From Psammoneis japonica (Eukaryota), in the NCBI GenBank assembly GCA_008632985.1, contig QPGO01000028.1:491598-555597 (forward strand): a stretch of 64,000 nucleotides of DNA, in the 5' to 3' direction. The position numbers were made by a program, and so were the translations under genes. Numbering within the stretch: the stretch's first letter is position 1; every line of letters starts with the position of its first letter. Shown in pieces: positions 1 to 12,600 of this stretch. The notes under the pieces were generated by a model. The model had not been told where the DNA came from. It made no database searches and saw only the letters and a program-made list of their open reading frames with translations.

Positions 1-2250
1 CCAATCTTTGAGGCAGCCCACCATGCACAAAACAAGTGTGTGCAGAGCCAGCTTCCCCCAACTCTTCTTGCAAAAAAAAAACAGAGTTGGAATGCCACTT
101 TTTTCACACAAACTCTTTTGTGCTGCAAGAGTGTTGGCACTGGTTTGAACTTTTGAACAGTCAGGTGCAGCGGAAGAACAGAAAAACATCACAGTGCAGA
201 CCATCATTTTCTTGCAAATCACCTCCAAAAAAACATGGGAAAGTCCACCAAGATTTGTTTGCACAAGCTGCAGAGTGACAGAAAAAAGGTGGACACAACA
301 AGCCACACCTTCACACCCACATTTCTCACCTGGCAGGGTGAAAACAACACACCGACTGCCCGGCTGAGCAGGCCAGCTCTCATCACCCTCGTTGAAAGTT
401 GAGTCTTCAGCCTCCTCTTTTCAACGCATCAAATTTTTGGCAGGCTGCTAAAGTGCACATGGATTTTTTGAGCCCCCCAAGTGAAAAACACTGTTGTTTG
501 CACAAGCAGGCTGACAGAGAGATTTTTCATCTGGCTGCAGGGAGCAAGCATGGTGGGCTGGCAGCACGCCACCTCCTCCTCAGTTGGCAGCACGTTGTGT
601 CTTCCTTTTGTGACTTTGTTGGCACATGCAAGACACTGTGGTGCATGTGCCAACAAACCAGACAGCTGCAAACTGCTGGAGATGGCGTCACATTTTTGCA
701 GCAGCTTGGAAGCTCTCTCCAAATGGACATGCATGCAGCGGCGCCAAAAAATGGTCGGTCACATGTCCGTCTGTGTCTGCCTCCTGCCCTGACCCCAAAT
801 GGACCGGAGACAGATGGGTGGGACGAAGTTGGGGTTTGGGGCTGACCACTTTCAGAATGACCAAATTTGCAAGTGGTCTTTGCACATGAAATGGAATGAA
901 ATGACTTTTGCATGGTTCGGGGTTTCACAAAAATTGCCATGTTCACTCATGTGAAACATTCGCAATTTTGCATTGCCTTGGTCATTTTTGGGTTGGGATG
1001 CCATTGACTCCTGGCCAATCAATTGGCTGTTTTTCTGTTTTGAGGTCATTTGCATTGAATGTTTGAGTGCCATTTACTTTTGTCTCTTTTTTGTGCCCTT
1101 GATCTGCTGTGTGGACATGATGTGTCACTTTTTCCGTTGAGATGATGGATTTTTGGATTTTGTGCTTTTTGCGCACGCTCGCTTTCAAACCGGAGATCGT
1201 GAGCACAAACAACTTGCTCAACCGCCTTGTTTCTGTGCCTGACAAGGACAATCACATGATGCAAGCCCAGATTGTTGCTGCATTGTTAAAAATCATTGTC
1301 CAGTGATTGCAGTCTTTGGCTGTGATGCCTTGCATGGTCATGTTTGCAGCTGGAGCCTGACAGCCTTCTTCTTTATGAGCCCTCCTCTTGTGTGCTCCTG
1401 AAGCAACCAAGGAGCTCCCTCAATGCCAATGATGTGTCCTTTGTTTTCCTGCCATCAAGCTTCTTCCCAAGATGAAGCCCCTTTCTTGTTGTCACTCTGG
1501 ACAGAGCCACATGAGCCCAGTTGTTTCTGCATTCAAAGTTGTTGACAACCAGGCTCTCTGAGGCAAAGTGGCCTCCATGTTGAACAAAAAGAAGCCTCTC
1601 TTTGCATTCGAATGACTGGCACTTTAGCAAACAACATTGTTCAGCTTGTGGTTGTGGACAGGGAGAACAAGGTCCAATTCTCTGGGCACCTGAACAAGGA
1701 CATGGGGAACAGACATTGCTGGCAGATCAAAAGGTTCTAGACTTTCAGATGTTGCCATGAGAGTCAGTCACAAAAATGACAAAGATCCAGAGGAGAATGG
1801 CTGGCCTGTCAGGACTTGTCTGATCACAAAAAATGAAAACACCACCAAATCACGTCTTCAGTTTTGTCAATCAAGAATTGGGCGACAACGCACAAAGACA
1901 ACAAGCACAAGACAGAGCATGTTGCCGATGATGTGATGCATTGTGCTGTGTTGTGCACCATCCACCTGCTACACCCAACCATTTGTGGGCTGCCAGCACC
2001 ATCGTCAAGTTGATCATAGAGGCACATGATGAAGATGATGCTGATGAGACATTTTGTGAAACTTGCGCGGATGTCGCAAACTCATGGCTTGCCAGTGATG
2101 CATGTCCCAATGAAGCAGAAGAGCATTGCAGGTGTCCCTCTCCCTGACACTTCAATGAACATGATGCCATGGTGTTGTTTGAAGCATCTAACATTTTTGC
2201 TTGATGTTTGCAAACAAAGAGACAATGAGACACAGCCGTTCAGCAAAGCG
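1..2250. other. CpG- and TpA-depleted hypermutated block A
   Basis: Hand count in 1-600: 1 TA and 7 CG. TG/CA are abundant, and ORFs in all frames are nearly Tyr-free and Cys/His-rich. Right boundary is approximate. Confidence 0.9.
1373..1600 (-). pseudogene. Decayed C-terminal fragment of a Pif1/Helitron-type SF1 helicase
   Basis: Translation SLVVNNFECRNNWAHVALSRVTTRKGLHL resembles helicase motif VI (YVALSRV), with Tyr replaced by His/Cys as TA->CA/TG predicts. Confidence 0.65.
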
Positions 2251-2327
2251 CCCAATCACATGCAGGCGACAACCGTGACGGACGCACATCTTCCACGTGG
2301 CAATGCATGATGATTCAGATGCACTTA

Positions 2328-2335
2328 TACCGGTA
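2328..2335. promoter_or_regulatory. TACCGGTA palindrome upstream of the SDR gene (also at 16141, 22916, 33176, 36757)
   Basis: Recurs ~140-280 bp upstream of four start codons. Function is inferred only. Confidence 0.45.
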
Positions 2336-2540
2336 CACCACAATGTGTGGTGTGTGCCGCCATGATGCTGCGCGCTTACCGTATCACTTTTATCACATGT
2401 CCACATGTCATTCCTCAATAGTTATTGCTGAGTCGGACGTTGATGGCAAACAACATCGATGAACAACAACTGAACTCTGTGTTGCTCTGCATCGTCACAA
2501 GCATCGCTTTATTGTCAACAGAGTCATTCTTGTTGTTGTG

Positions 2541-3293
2541 ATGAACGGGTTATACGTTGTCGCAGGTGCTACGGGAGCAATTGGAAGGAGTTTATGCCAC
2601 AAGATTGTGGAACGTGGCGGCACTCCGTTGTTGGTGGGGCGATCCGCGGACAAGCTAGCAACATTGCAGGGAGAACTTGGAAGAAGCTGTGAATTTGTTT
2701 CTGACGTCGACTTTTCATCCCCCGAAGCCGCAGGCGAGAAGCTCACTGCTGAATTGAAAGGTCAAGAGCTCCAGGGTCTAGCGTACGCGGTTGGATCCAT
2801 CACACTCAAGCCACTTCGAGGAGCAAAGACCGTAGACTTTATTGACAGCTACAAGTTGAATGTGGTTGGTGCAGCAGAAGCCATCAAGGCATCATTGAGA
2901 GGGTTAAAAAAGGGTGGCAGCTCTACGGAGCCTTCTAGCATCGTTCTATTTTCAAGCGTTGCTGCTCAAAATGGACTTGCCAACCATTCGGTGATTGGCG
3001 CGAGCAAAGGTGCGGTGGAAGGTCTAGTGGTTTCGCTGGCGGCAGAACTAGCACCCTCTGTGCGAGTAAACTGTGTGGCTCCTAGTTTAACGGGCGGTGG
3101 TTCGGAAATGGCAAAGGTCATGACGCAAAATGAAAAGATCGCAGAAGCCGTTGCCAAGGCGCATCCTCTGCCTCGGTTGGGTACACCAGAAGACAGTGCC
3201 AACGCAGCCGCATTTCTACTCTCTTCGGACAGTTCTTGGACAACAGGGACAGTTCTACCTGTCGATGGTGGTCGCTCTACAGTGCTAAAGTAG
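2541..3293 (+). CDS. Short-chain dehydrogenase/reductase (SDR, FabG-like)
   Basis: N-terminal VVAGATGAIG Rossmann motif, LFSSVAA, ASKGAVEGL, VRVNCVAP and a TGTVLPVDGG tail. Normal CG/TA content. Confidence 0.9.
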   Translation: MNGLYVVAGATGAIGRSLCHKIVERGGTPLLVGRSADKLATLQGELGRSCEFVSDVDFSSPEAAGEKLTAELKGQELQGLAYAVGSITLKPLRGAKTVDFIDSYKLNVVGAAEAIKASLRGLKKGGSSTEPSSIVLFSSVAAQNGLANHSVIGASKGAVEGLVVSLAAELAPSVRVNCVAPSLTGGGSEMAKVMTQNEKIAEAVAKAHPLPRLGTPEDSANAAAFLLSSDSSWTTGTVLPVDGGRSTVLK

Positions 3294-3699
3294 CAATTCT
3301 GGATATCTGACAAGCGTTGACGATGCTAAGGTAGTAAACTCCCAAAGCGTTTGTCTCGTCAAGGACGCAATTCTCGTTCACAAATCGGCTTGTCTATCCG
3401 ACTCAAATGCGTGAAATTTCCACCGAATGTCGATTCTGTACTTCCCGTTCTGGCTACATTTCTGTTGTTGTTGGTACATGAAAGTGCTATGCTCCATTTT
3501 ACGTCTCCAAGCGAACGTTTATAAACGCATCTGCACCTTTTCCATTCCGTCCAATACGACCTCTCGAGTCATTTCTGGTTCGACACAAGAACGACAACGT
3601 GTGTGGCAAGCAGTCCATCGCCGCCACACATCAAAGAATGTCACGTCAGCTCCTTCAGATCTGTAGAGAGGCCGTCTGATAAAATCATCGTACATCTGC

Positions 3700-6600
3700 A
3701 TTCCAATCAACTGCTGAATCATCTCTTGCGTGTTCCATCATTGAGCCTGAACAAACACTCCTTTTGCAGTGAAATCCAGCCATTGCGCAACAGTCTAACA
3801 CAGGCACATCCAAGAAGGCCTCCTGAATGATGTCTCGCTGACTCTGCTTGTGCATGTCGTTCTTCTCTTCTGTGGTCATGACACGGATTGGGACTGTCGA
3901 AGAGTCATCATCATGTGTGCCCGGAGCATCATTGCCACTCAATAGATTCAGAGTGAAAAAGAGGTGAAAGGCTTCAACAAAGAAACAGAGCTGACTTCCT
4001 CACATGCTGTCTGCAATCAGCTTGATGTGGATTGGGAGATGGAGGCCTCTGTCTGAAAACCATCGAGTTTTGTCAGAGAACGGGCACATCATAAAATGCT
4101 GTGCCAACATTCTTTTCCAACGTCTGCATCAAAGCCATCTCAAGCCATTTTGTAGAAAGGTGGGATGGTTTTTGTTGATGCCCCCAAGGACCAAGTTCTC
4201 CTCAAGGTCCACAGCAACACATTCACAGCTCAAGTCACAAGGCACATCCACAAGACTGGCCTTGTCGATTCTGCACAAAAAGAGCATGTGGGCACACTCA
4301 AAATGTCAGAGTCAGGAAGCAGAAGGAAGAGGATGCAGGTGCGCAACAAATTCATGGGAAACAAAAGAGAGTGAAGGATTGTTGTGCAGGTGACAAGCAG
4401 AGACAATTGAGAAGTGGATGTTGAGATGACTTGCTGCTCCAGAGCCAAGCTGTCAGACCAGCACAACAGAATGTTTTTAAGATCCAAGCAGCACACCAAA
4501 ACAGGTGAGAGAATGGCGGCATTGCCCAGGCACCAATGGCTCCACAGGAAGCAAAAGCATTTGCAAGAATGAGCGTGTTGAGGGCAAGCCATGCAACACA
4601 AAAAAGGCCAGTCTCTGACTCTTGCTTGTTCTCAGCATGTTTGCAGTGTGCCTCTCTAAAGGTCAGACCATTTCACCAAGCTTGCAAAGCCAGCTGAGCT
4701 GAGCAAGTGCTCTCAAAACACCAAAAGACAAGAACATGCAGAAAAAAAGCAAGGCATTTGGGAAGGCAGGCTTCTTTTTTCTTTTCTCAGCTGTCTCAGT
4801 TTCTTCTGCCCTTCCATCCATGGCAACCTTTTGGGAATGTCATGCTGGAAAAATGAAAGCCAGCCTGTTGCTGACAATGTGAGTTCTTGTCACCCTTGCA
4901 CGCAATTGTTAAAATGCACCAACTCTGCATGTTTTGTGTGTCATCGCTGTCAACCTTCATGACAAACACCTCATCAAACCAAAGCATGCTTGTCATGTGA
5001 TTTGTGCAATCACTCATTTCACATGTTGCATTTTTTGCTGTTGTGTCAATGTTTTTATGTTGCACTGGTTTTTCACTTTCTCTCTCCACCCCCTCTGCTT
5101 GGCCAACTCACCCCCACATGCCAACCACTTGGCAGTCGAGTTTTCTCTCTCACATTGTTTCACACTTCTCAGAATTTTGCACAGCTGTTGTCTGCACATT
5201 TTTCAGTGTGTTCCTGCCACACATGCAAATTTCCACAAACTCATGGCAGCATGCCCTGTGGTCAAACATGTCAAGCTGAGAGTGTGCGCTGTTGTGGTTT
5301 GCATGTTCTGTGTGCTGTTCCAACCAGCCAACCATGGCAGTGAATGATTTTGCCCTTCAGTTGACAAGGTCAATCATGAGCCCTCTCATGAGTTTGATGA
5401 CAACTTCCTTGTGTTGTCCTGGCCATTTGCACCCACAAACAACATTGACAGAAAATCTCTGGCTGTCTTGCCTGGTGAGTGGGCCTCTGCATCATGACTC
5501 GGGGTTCAGGCACAAAAAAATCTTGATGAAAGCAAAGGGTGCACATCATGTTCATCACTGTTGAAAGGCAGAGAGGAAGCTCTTGCAGACACTTGTCTGC
5601 ACTCAACAAGACTGGGAAATGGAGGGAGCATTGCCATGATCTCTGCTGCAACCTTGAGGTGGTGGTGCAGAGTTTGTGTGCCAGATCATTGCTGGCAATG
5701 ATGACCTCAATGACCTGGCAGCTGACAAGCCTTGTGTCTCCACTTTTTGAAATGTGCCAGTCTCTTTGCCTTGATTGATGGCTGAGCACACTGCCTTTGT
5801 GGCACTTCATTGCCAAAGCTGTTGTTGTGTGTCAGATCTGCCAAAAGCAGAAAGACACAAGCCATTGGCTTTGCAGCAATTTTGCAAGGCTGCCACATGG
5901 GTGGAGCAGTGCACACTTGCCAACAGCTTTCTTGTCACATTTGTGGTGTTGAGTGATGCAGGTCAGAGGCCAGTGCTGTGAAGGCTTTGACTGCCAACCA
6001 CCCTCATGGCACTGCAGTTGTGAGGTGACAAAGGAATGCAATGCCAAATCCCAGCAAGAGGCTTGCAAAACAAATGCAAGCTCAATGCTGCAGCAAGCAC
6101 TTTGCAGGGGTTGTCCCGAAGATCAGTCCTGTGCCCATTCATGGTGCAGCAAGGAGCTTGCAAAACACTTTGCTGCAAAATGTGCAGCCAAAGGGCTGGC
6201 TGCTTGGAAAACAAACAAAAACAAGGGTGCAGGTTGAAGATGAGATAGAGCACCGGAAGGAAGGATGCTGACAAGGGCCCGCCAGCATGAGATGGCAGCA
6301 AGCTTCCTTTGTTTTCATCAACACTCTCACATTGCACTCTCACTTGTGTTTTGTGACTCCTCCTGTTCAACAAGTGCTTCTTCACATGTCCCTGGCAAAA
6401 TGGCCAAGACAGTGGCAAGCTCCAATCTGTGGCCTCCAGCAATGGCAGCAGGCAATGTTGCAATGACAAGGGAGGTGCACACTCACCCTTGCCTCCACAA
6501 TGTGGCCACTGTGTTGCAGTTGAGCAGCCAGGTTCAAACTTCTGTGTCCTTTGAAGTCTGTCAGGAGGGCCCAGACATCTGCTCCCGAGGGGCTGAATCT

Positions 6601-9600
6601 TGAGCCCCCCTCTCCCCCACTCAGAACCCCAATCACTTGTCATGGCTGTGCACGCCAGTGCCCCCTCAACACTTTGATCCATTCAAAAGTTGCCCAGCCA
6701 CCACTGAAGAAGTTGCTGCTCATTCATCACAACTGTGCACTGTTGCCAACATGACCAATGTGAGGCACATTCTGCACCACTCTGCCGCTGGCTTTTGATG
6801 CCTGGTGGTGAACAATTTGGAGCAATGGTGGAACAAGTTTGCCAACAGAGCCCCAGCAAACAATCTCTCAAAGGCACCTCAAGTCCAAGTGGAGCACCCT
6901 CATGCTCCAGATCATTGCTTGGATGCAGCACCAGCCATCTGACAAGAAAGTGCAGTCAGCAAGACTGGCTTGTTGGGCTGTCTCCATGTTTCTGTGCCAG
7001 TGCTGTGTCTTTTCATGCTGTTGAGGGAAGAGCCCCTGATCTCCAAAGCACAACAGAGCAGAACACTCTTGTGTTGTCTGGGTCCAAAAGCAAAATTGAG
7101 TTTGAGCACACAGCAGGGCAGAAGTGTGCAAAACCCTTGGCTGTAGATGTGGTCCAGCGGCAAGCTCTGCTCAGCTTTGCAAAGAAAGTGAGGCAACAGC
7201 AGGCTCCACTCAGCTTTGCAAAAATGAGGTGGAGCTGAAGAAGCTGCACAATGCACTGCTGCCCCTCAAACATGAGGATGTCACAGCACATGGCTTGCAC
7301 ATCTCTTGCAAGCAATGCCTTGTGGGCCAGAACAATGACAACAACTCTGGCTGCATCAGGAGCATTGCTGTGGTTGAGAGCTGAAGTGTGGTTGACAAAA
7401 AGATTGTGCTCAAGTGCTCTTTCAGTGCAAACACTCTTGACATTGTGATTTTTGCACTTGTTGACAGTGCGGTTGTTGTGAGTTTCTTTGTGTTGTTGCA
7501 ACCAACCAAATTGGCAAAGTGAGAACAACAGCAAATGAAACATGGTTTGTTTCCATGTGCACACATGCCCAAATTGACTAAACCAGTTGTTGTCCCATTG
7601 TCTCTTGCAGCCCATCTCACATCTTGGTGTTCTTGGCACTGTGCTGGCATGACACCATGCTCCAATCTTTTGTGTTTCAAAGAAAATCTGTTTCTGTGAC
7701 AGCTTTTCATTGTGAGATGTGACAGCAGTCCCTGGCAGAAAACAGCAAAGAAGCTGTCAGTTTGGCATGTCATTTTTGGCAAGCATGGTGCAACACTGCT
7801 GTTTCTGCTCACCTGTGTGTGCCACACTGCCATGCTTTGCTTCTGGCCCTTGGCTGTTCTTGTCAACTTGTCTGAGTTTCAAGATTAAAAAATGGCAAAA
7901 GTGTCAGTTTGTTGTTTGCAGCAAGCTGCCTTTGCCCACAACATGCTTCTGACCTCTTGCCTTTCCAATGGCTTTTTTGTTGGTGCAAGCAGAGTCTTTT
8001 GCCTTTGCACAATGTCATCATTGCTTCTGTGCCACTTGGATGCACCCATCACATGTTTTGTGTTGTTTTGTGTGGCAGCAATGTGCCATTTCTGCCATGC
8101 AGCTGAGCCAGTTGGTCTGGTTGTTGTCACCTGCATCATTTTGCAAGCAGCTTTTTTTCCCTTTCATCACATTCATTCTTTTTGAACTCTTAAATTGTTT
8201 GGGTTGACTTGTGAAAGTCATTTTGTTTGTCTTGCTTTGTTGACACAGCACTTTGTTTGTGAGCTGCTGCTCATTTGCCAGTGATGTGGTGTGCACCGAA
8301 AATTGTCTCAATGTCTCAGTTTGTGTGATGTTTGTGAGCTCTTGTCGAAAATGAGAATTTTCACATTTTTGCTGGTCTGTGCACCAGTTTGTTTGCATCG
8401 GTGGGGCTGCTGCCACAGCTGACCTTTGCAGCTGCTGCACACACACAAGCTTGCAGGCAGCAGGAGGCTGGAAAAGGTGGTCATGCTGAAACCAGACAAG
8501 CAAAAGGTCTGCTGGGTCAGTGTGGCTGCAGTGCTGGATGTGTGGATGAAGGGACTTCATGATGACTGGTGTGAACCAACCTGCTGGCAGTCTTGGGGCC
8601 ACCCCTCTGCAGCACTTTAAGGGCTGTGGCTGAGCACTGCAAGCTCAGCACTTTGGTGTTGTGGCCCCATGTCACCTTGTTCCTGACATTGTGGCTCTGC
8701 ACCACCTTGTCTCCAACTGTGGCAGACTGTGATTTTTCAAATTCCGAAGCATGATGGTCCCATCATCATGGTGGCACACCAAACAACCCGGCAGCAACAA
8801 GCTTTGAGGGCAGTGGCAACATCAGACAGACCCCGTGCAAGACTTTGCAAGAGCACCATGGTTGAGCGCTGCAAGGTCAATGTTGTGGCATTGTGGCCCC
8901 ATGTCACTTTGCAAGCTGCAGACAAAAAAATCATCAACCCCCACCCGCAAGAAGAATCATGCCATGATTGGCATCAAAATGCTGTGTGCCCCAGCAGCAG
9001 AAACACCACAGCACAGGGATTCATGTGGCACCCAAACCATGGTGGCAGTGCTTGTGATGAAATGTGGGGCAACATTGTGATGTAAAGAAAAACAGCCAGC
9101 ATGGGCAAGAAGCAGCCTTGGTGTGGCTTGCCAACAAGCAGAAATGTTGCAGTCATTCTCTTGTTTGACAAAATGACTTTCGAGACAAAGTTTGACACAG
9201 CACCACTGCACAGACAAGAGGAGGGGGGACCATGACTCTGAAAATTTTGCCACCCCATTTCTGGTTTGCTGTTTGTATGCAAGCCACAGGGTGCGATCTT
9301 TGCACAGCAGAGGCAAGCCAGTGCTGCTCTCCATTGAGGAGGAAAATGATCCCCCTTGCACCAAAAAAGAAGCCCGTGCACCACTTGACCACAGCTGAGC
9401 AGCTGCCATTGCAAACAGCAGTGTCAACTTGGTTGTTGATGTCTGAAAGATCCAAAGAGGAAGGAGGGGTGGGCAATGATGGATTGATGTGAGACATGAA
9501 AAATGCCCCCACACTTTAACAGCCAATTCTGGGACTGTGGCATGGGCTCTGAGCAAATCAAGGCATTTCTGTGTCCATCAGAACAGCATCTGATGGACGG

Positions 9601-12600
9601 ACTTTACTCTGTGTTGTTCTGCAAAAGTTTTTGTCATGGACAATCACCAGTTCCTGCCACAAAGTCAAATTCCTTTGCTGTGATGCACCATGAACCATGA
9701 CAGTTTGGATGCATGCTTTTGACATGGTGTGCATGCATCGTGGTGCTGTGCAGGGTCCAAAAAATCTGCCGCAGTGAATTTGTTAAATTTGCAATCAACC
9801 CAGATTGCGGAAGCAGCTCGGACCAGAGGTTGCACCCAGAAATGTGCTCCCATTCCTGATGTTTCTTCTCATCAAGTGAATCTGTTAGTCTGGTCCCTCT
9901 GTGGCTGGCTTGGATGACTTGTGCAATGCATCTGACAAACACAAAATGGTTGTGCAGAGGAATCACTGCGAATCAGGCAAAGGTTTCAGAGAGACATCAT
10001 TTCAGGTTAGTGGGCATGGTTGTGCAGTTGCAGCAAAGCCAACAATGGACCAATTGCAGCACTGTGCATCCCAGATGACAGCACAATCTCATCATCTCTC
10101 AGATGCTCAATGTCATCAAACTCCTCATCAGTGATGATGACAAACAAATGGGGTGTGCTGACACTGCATTTGTCGTGCTCCTCTTTCACTGCTGCAAAGC
10201 TGAGACTGGGAACCTTTCTTCTCTCTTGCACACAGCCCTTGGCAAATCACCCCTGCCTTTCCCAAATGAAAACCGCACACCCACCCCCCTTTCCAACTGT
10301 GATCATGTCAGCAAATGTTGCTCCCCTGCAATTGAGGAGGAAGCAACCTTTCTTGGATGGGATTGGGAGCCAATTTCAAGCTTGAATCAATCAAAGTTCA
10401 TCTCTGCAGCTTCAAGTCCACCTCTTGTGTTTTGAAACTCTGTCAATGGGAATGACAACCTCAGCATGACAAGCTCATTGTTCTCTCTGAGAACAATGCA
10501 CTTTACAGCAATGACACTCAGAGTGTTTTGCTCATTTTTGTCACAGCTGAGCATAAAATCAAACTTCTGCAACAGCACAGGAAGGCCCTGCACATTGCCA
10601 GCCTCAGCAAGAACAAGGAGCAAAACCAACGGAAACACAACTGCATTGTCTTGCACAAAGACAACTCCCTTGGTTTTAAGATTGCCAATTCTTCCACCAC
10701 CAACTGAGTCTTCACTGCCAATTGGCCATTGAAAGAAAGAGTGTGACACAAGAATTTTGCATGGTGCACTTTGGACCAACTCTGCAAACTGCCGTCCATG
10801 CTGTAAATTCACAAGAGCTCTGACACGCTCCAACAGGGCATGAGGTTGAATCATGTCTGCATTGAAAGCATCACCACGTGCACTTTCAATGTCAAGTTGC
10901 TTTCCAACAACTCGATGTAGCAAGAAATCCACCAAGCACCAGTGCAACAAACTCCAGATCCTTCTTGCACTTTTGTGAGACCCCGTCTGCTCTGTTTGAG
11001 TTGGCCTGGTGCAATGGATCAAAAAGCACCTCATGCACATGAGATGATTTCAGCAACAGCAGCGGCATCTCTTCTGGGGCCACTCTGCCAGAAGAGGCCT
11101 TTAAAAGATCATGCACAGGCCTAAAATTGGTCCCACTCAAAGTGCAGAACACAAAACCCTGGTGCTGTCAGTCAAATTCCTGCACAGCCACCAACACTTG
11201 CCTCAAAAGTGACGTCCTCCATCAAGCTGCATCACCACAATGGTTTCATCAAAGTTGACAACAACCATGGCTTTGGGATCCTCTCTGGTGATCTCACAGA
11301 GGACACAGCAGAGTTGGTTGCTTCCATTCCCACCTGGGAAATGGACTTTTCCATCTGTTGTGAGTGCCGTGAGCTGATGCGCAAGACTCATAGAAGGAGC
11401 TTGACACTCGTCTTCCATTGCAAGTTTGGAATGCAAGATCCGGCATTGTTGACCTGCACTGACACACACTTTGACCACCCAACAAAAGTCGTCCATGTGA
11501 GACATGTTTTCCCACAGCTTGTTGTTCTCATCAACATCTGCTGCTCTTGCAAACACCTTGCAACAGAATGTTGCAATGTTGTCTTTCCCAGGCCAGGCCC
11601 ACCAGAACAGGCTGCAAACTGCAGCCAGTGGTCATTGGCTCCTTTGTTGTGAAGACACTTGCAAAATTGGACAGTGGCATGCTTCAACAGTTTGTTGATG
11701 CTTTTCTCATGATTGACCAATTTCAAATGCTTGCCAAGGACATTGCCTGTGCATTGTTGCTGTGCCTCACTGTTGCCATTTCTGCCAAGTTTGTGGACTT
11801 CTTGGCCTCCAAGCTTTCCTGGTGAGATTCAGATGATTGGAAATGCATGTGCAATTGAACATCATTAGAGTGCAAGCATGAGAGCACAACTCAAATCGAT
11901 GTTTGACCAGCCCCACACACCAAGGACAGCACAAGAGCAACATTCAACCCACCATCTTGCTGCTGTTGTTTGGCAAGCTTGTTGCTCAAAGTCTGAGCAG
12001 TTGCATCAGAAAGACCATTTACATGCAAGACATCAGCACTGATTCTGTAGAGTGAGCCCGGATTGTGTCAAAACCCTGCTTGAACAAAATGCCGGCATGA
12101 GGCCCGCAACCCTGCCCATGCTTCCACCTGCAATCACAACCCCCATTTTGTCACCAAAATGCATTTCCAGCCAACTGATGTCACACCAATGCAAAGTTCC
12201 TGACAAGTTTTGGGGTCGCAAGCAGAGGCAGGTTGCGTTGGACAGAGCTGTCACTGAAAATCATCCCTCGTGCTTTCACATGCCATGAGGTGCTCCGCAA
12301 AAAGTTGGCTCCATTTTCAAATGCCCGACACCATGAACAGTGCATGCCCAATCCATTCTCACAAGACATTGGTCATGTGACTCACTTTCTCAACACCAAG
12401 ATTGGGTGGCCTTGTGATGACTGCAGTTGACCTCTTTAATGCCACAAATGGGCATGGCAACCCCAAAAAAAAAATCATTGCAAGCAACCCACTTTTTGTT
12501 TTCAGATTTTATGTTTGCACCTTTGAGATCAATCTGGAGCAGACAAAAGCAAGATGGAAGCTCAATTTGTTAATTCTTTTTGTGGGACAGCAGCAACAAT

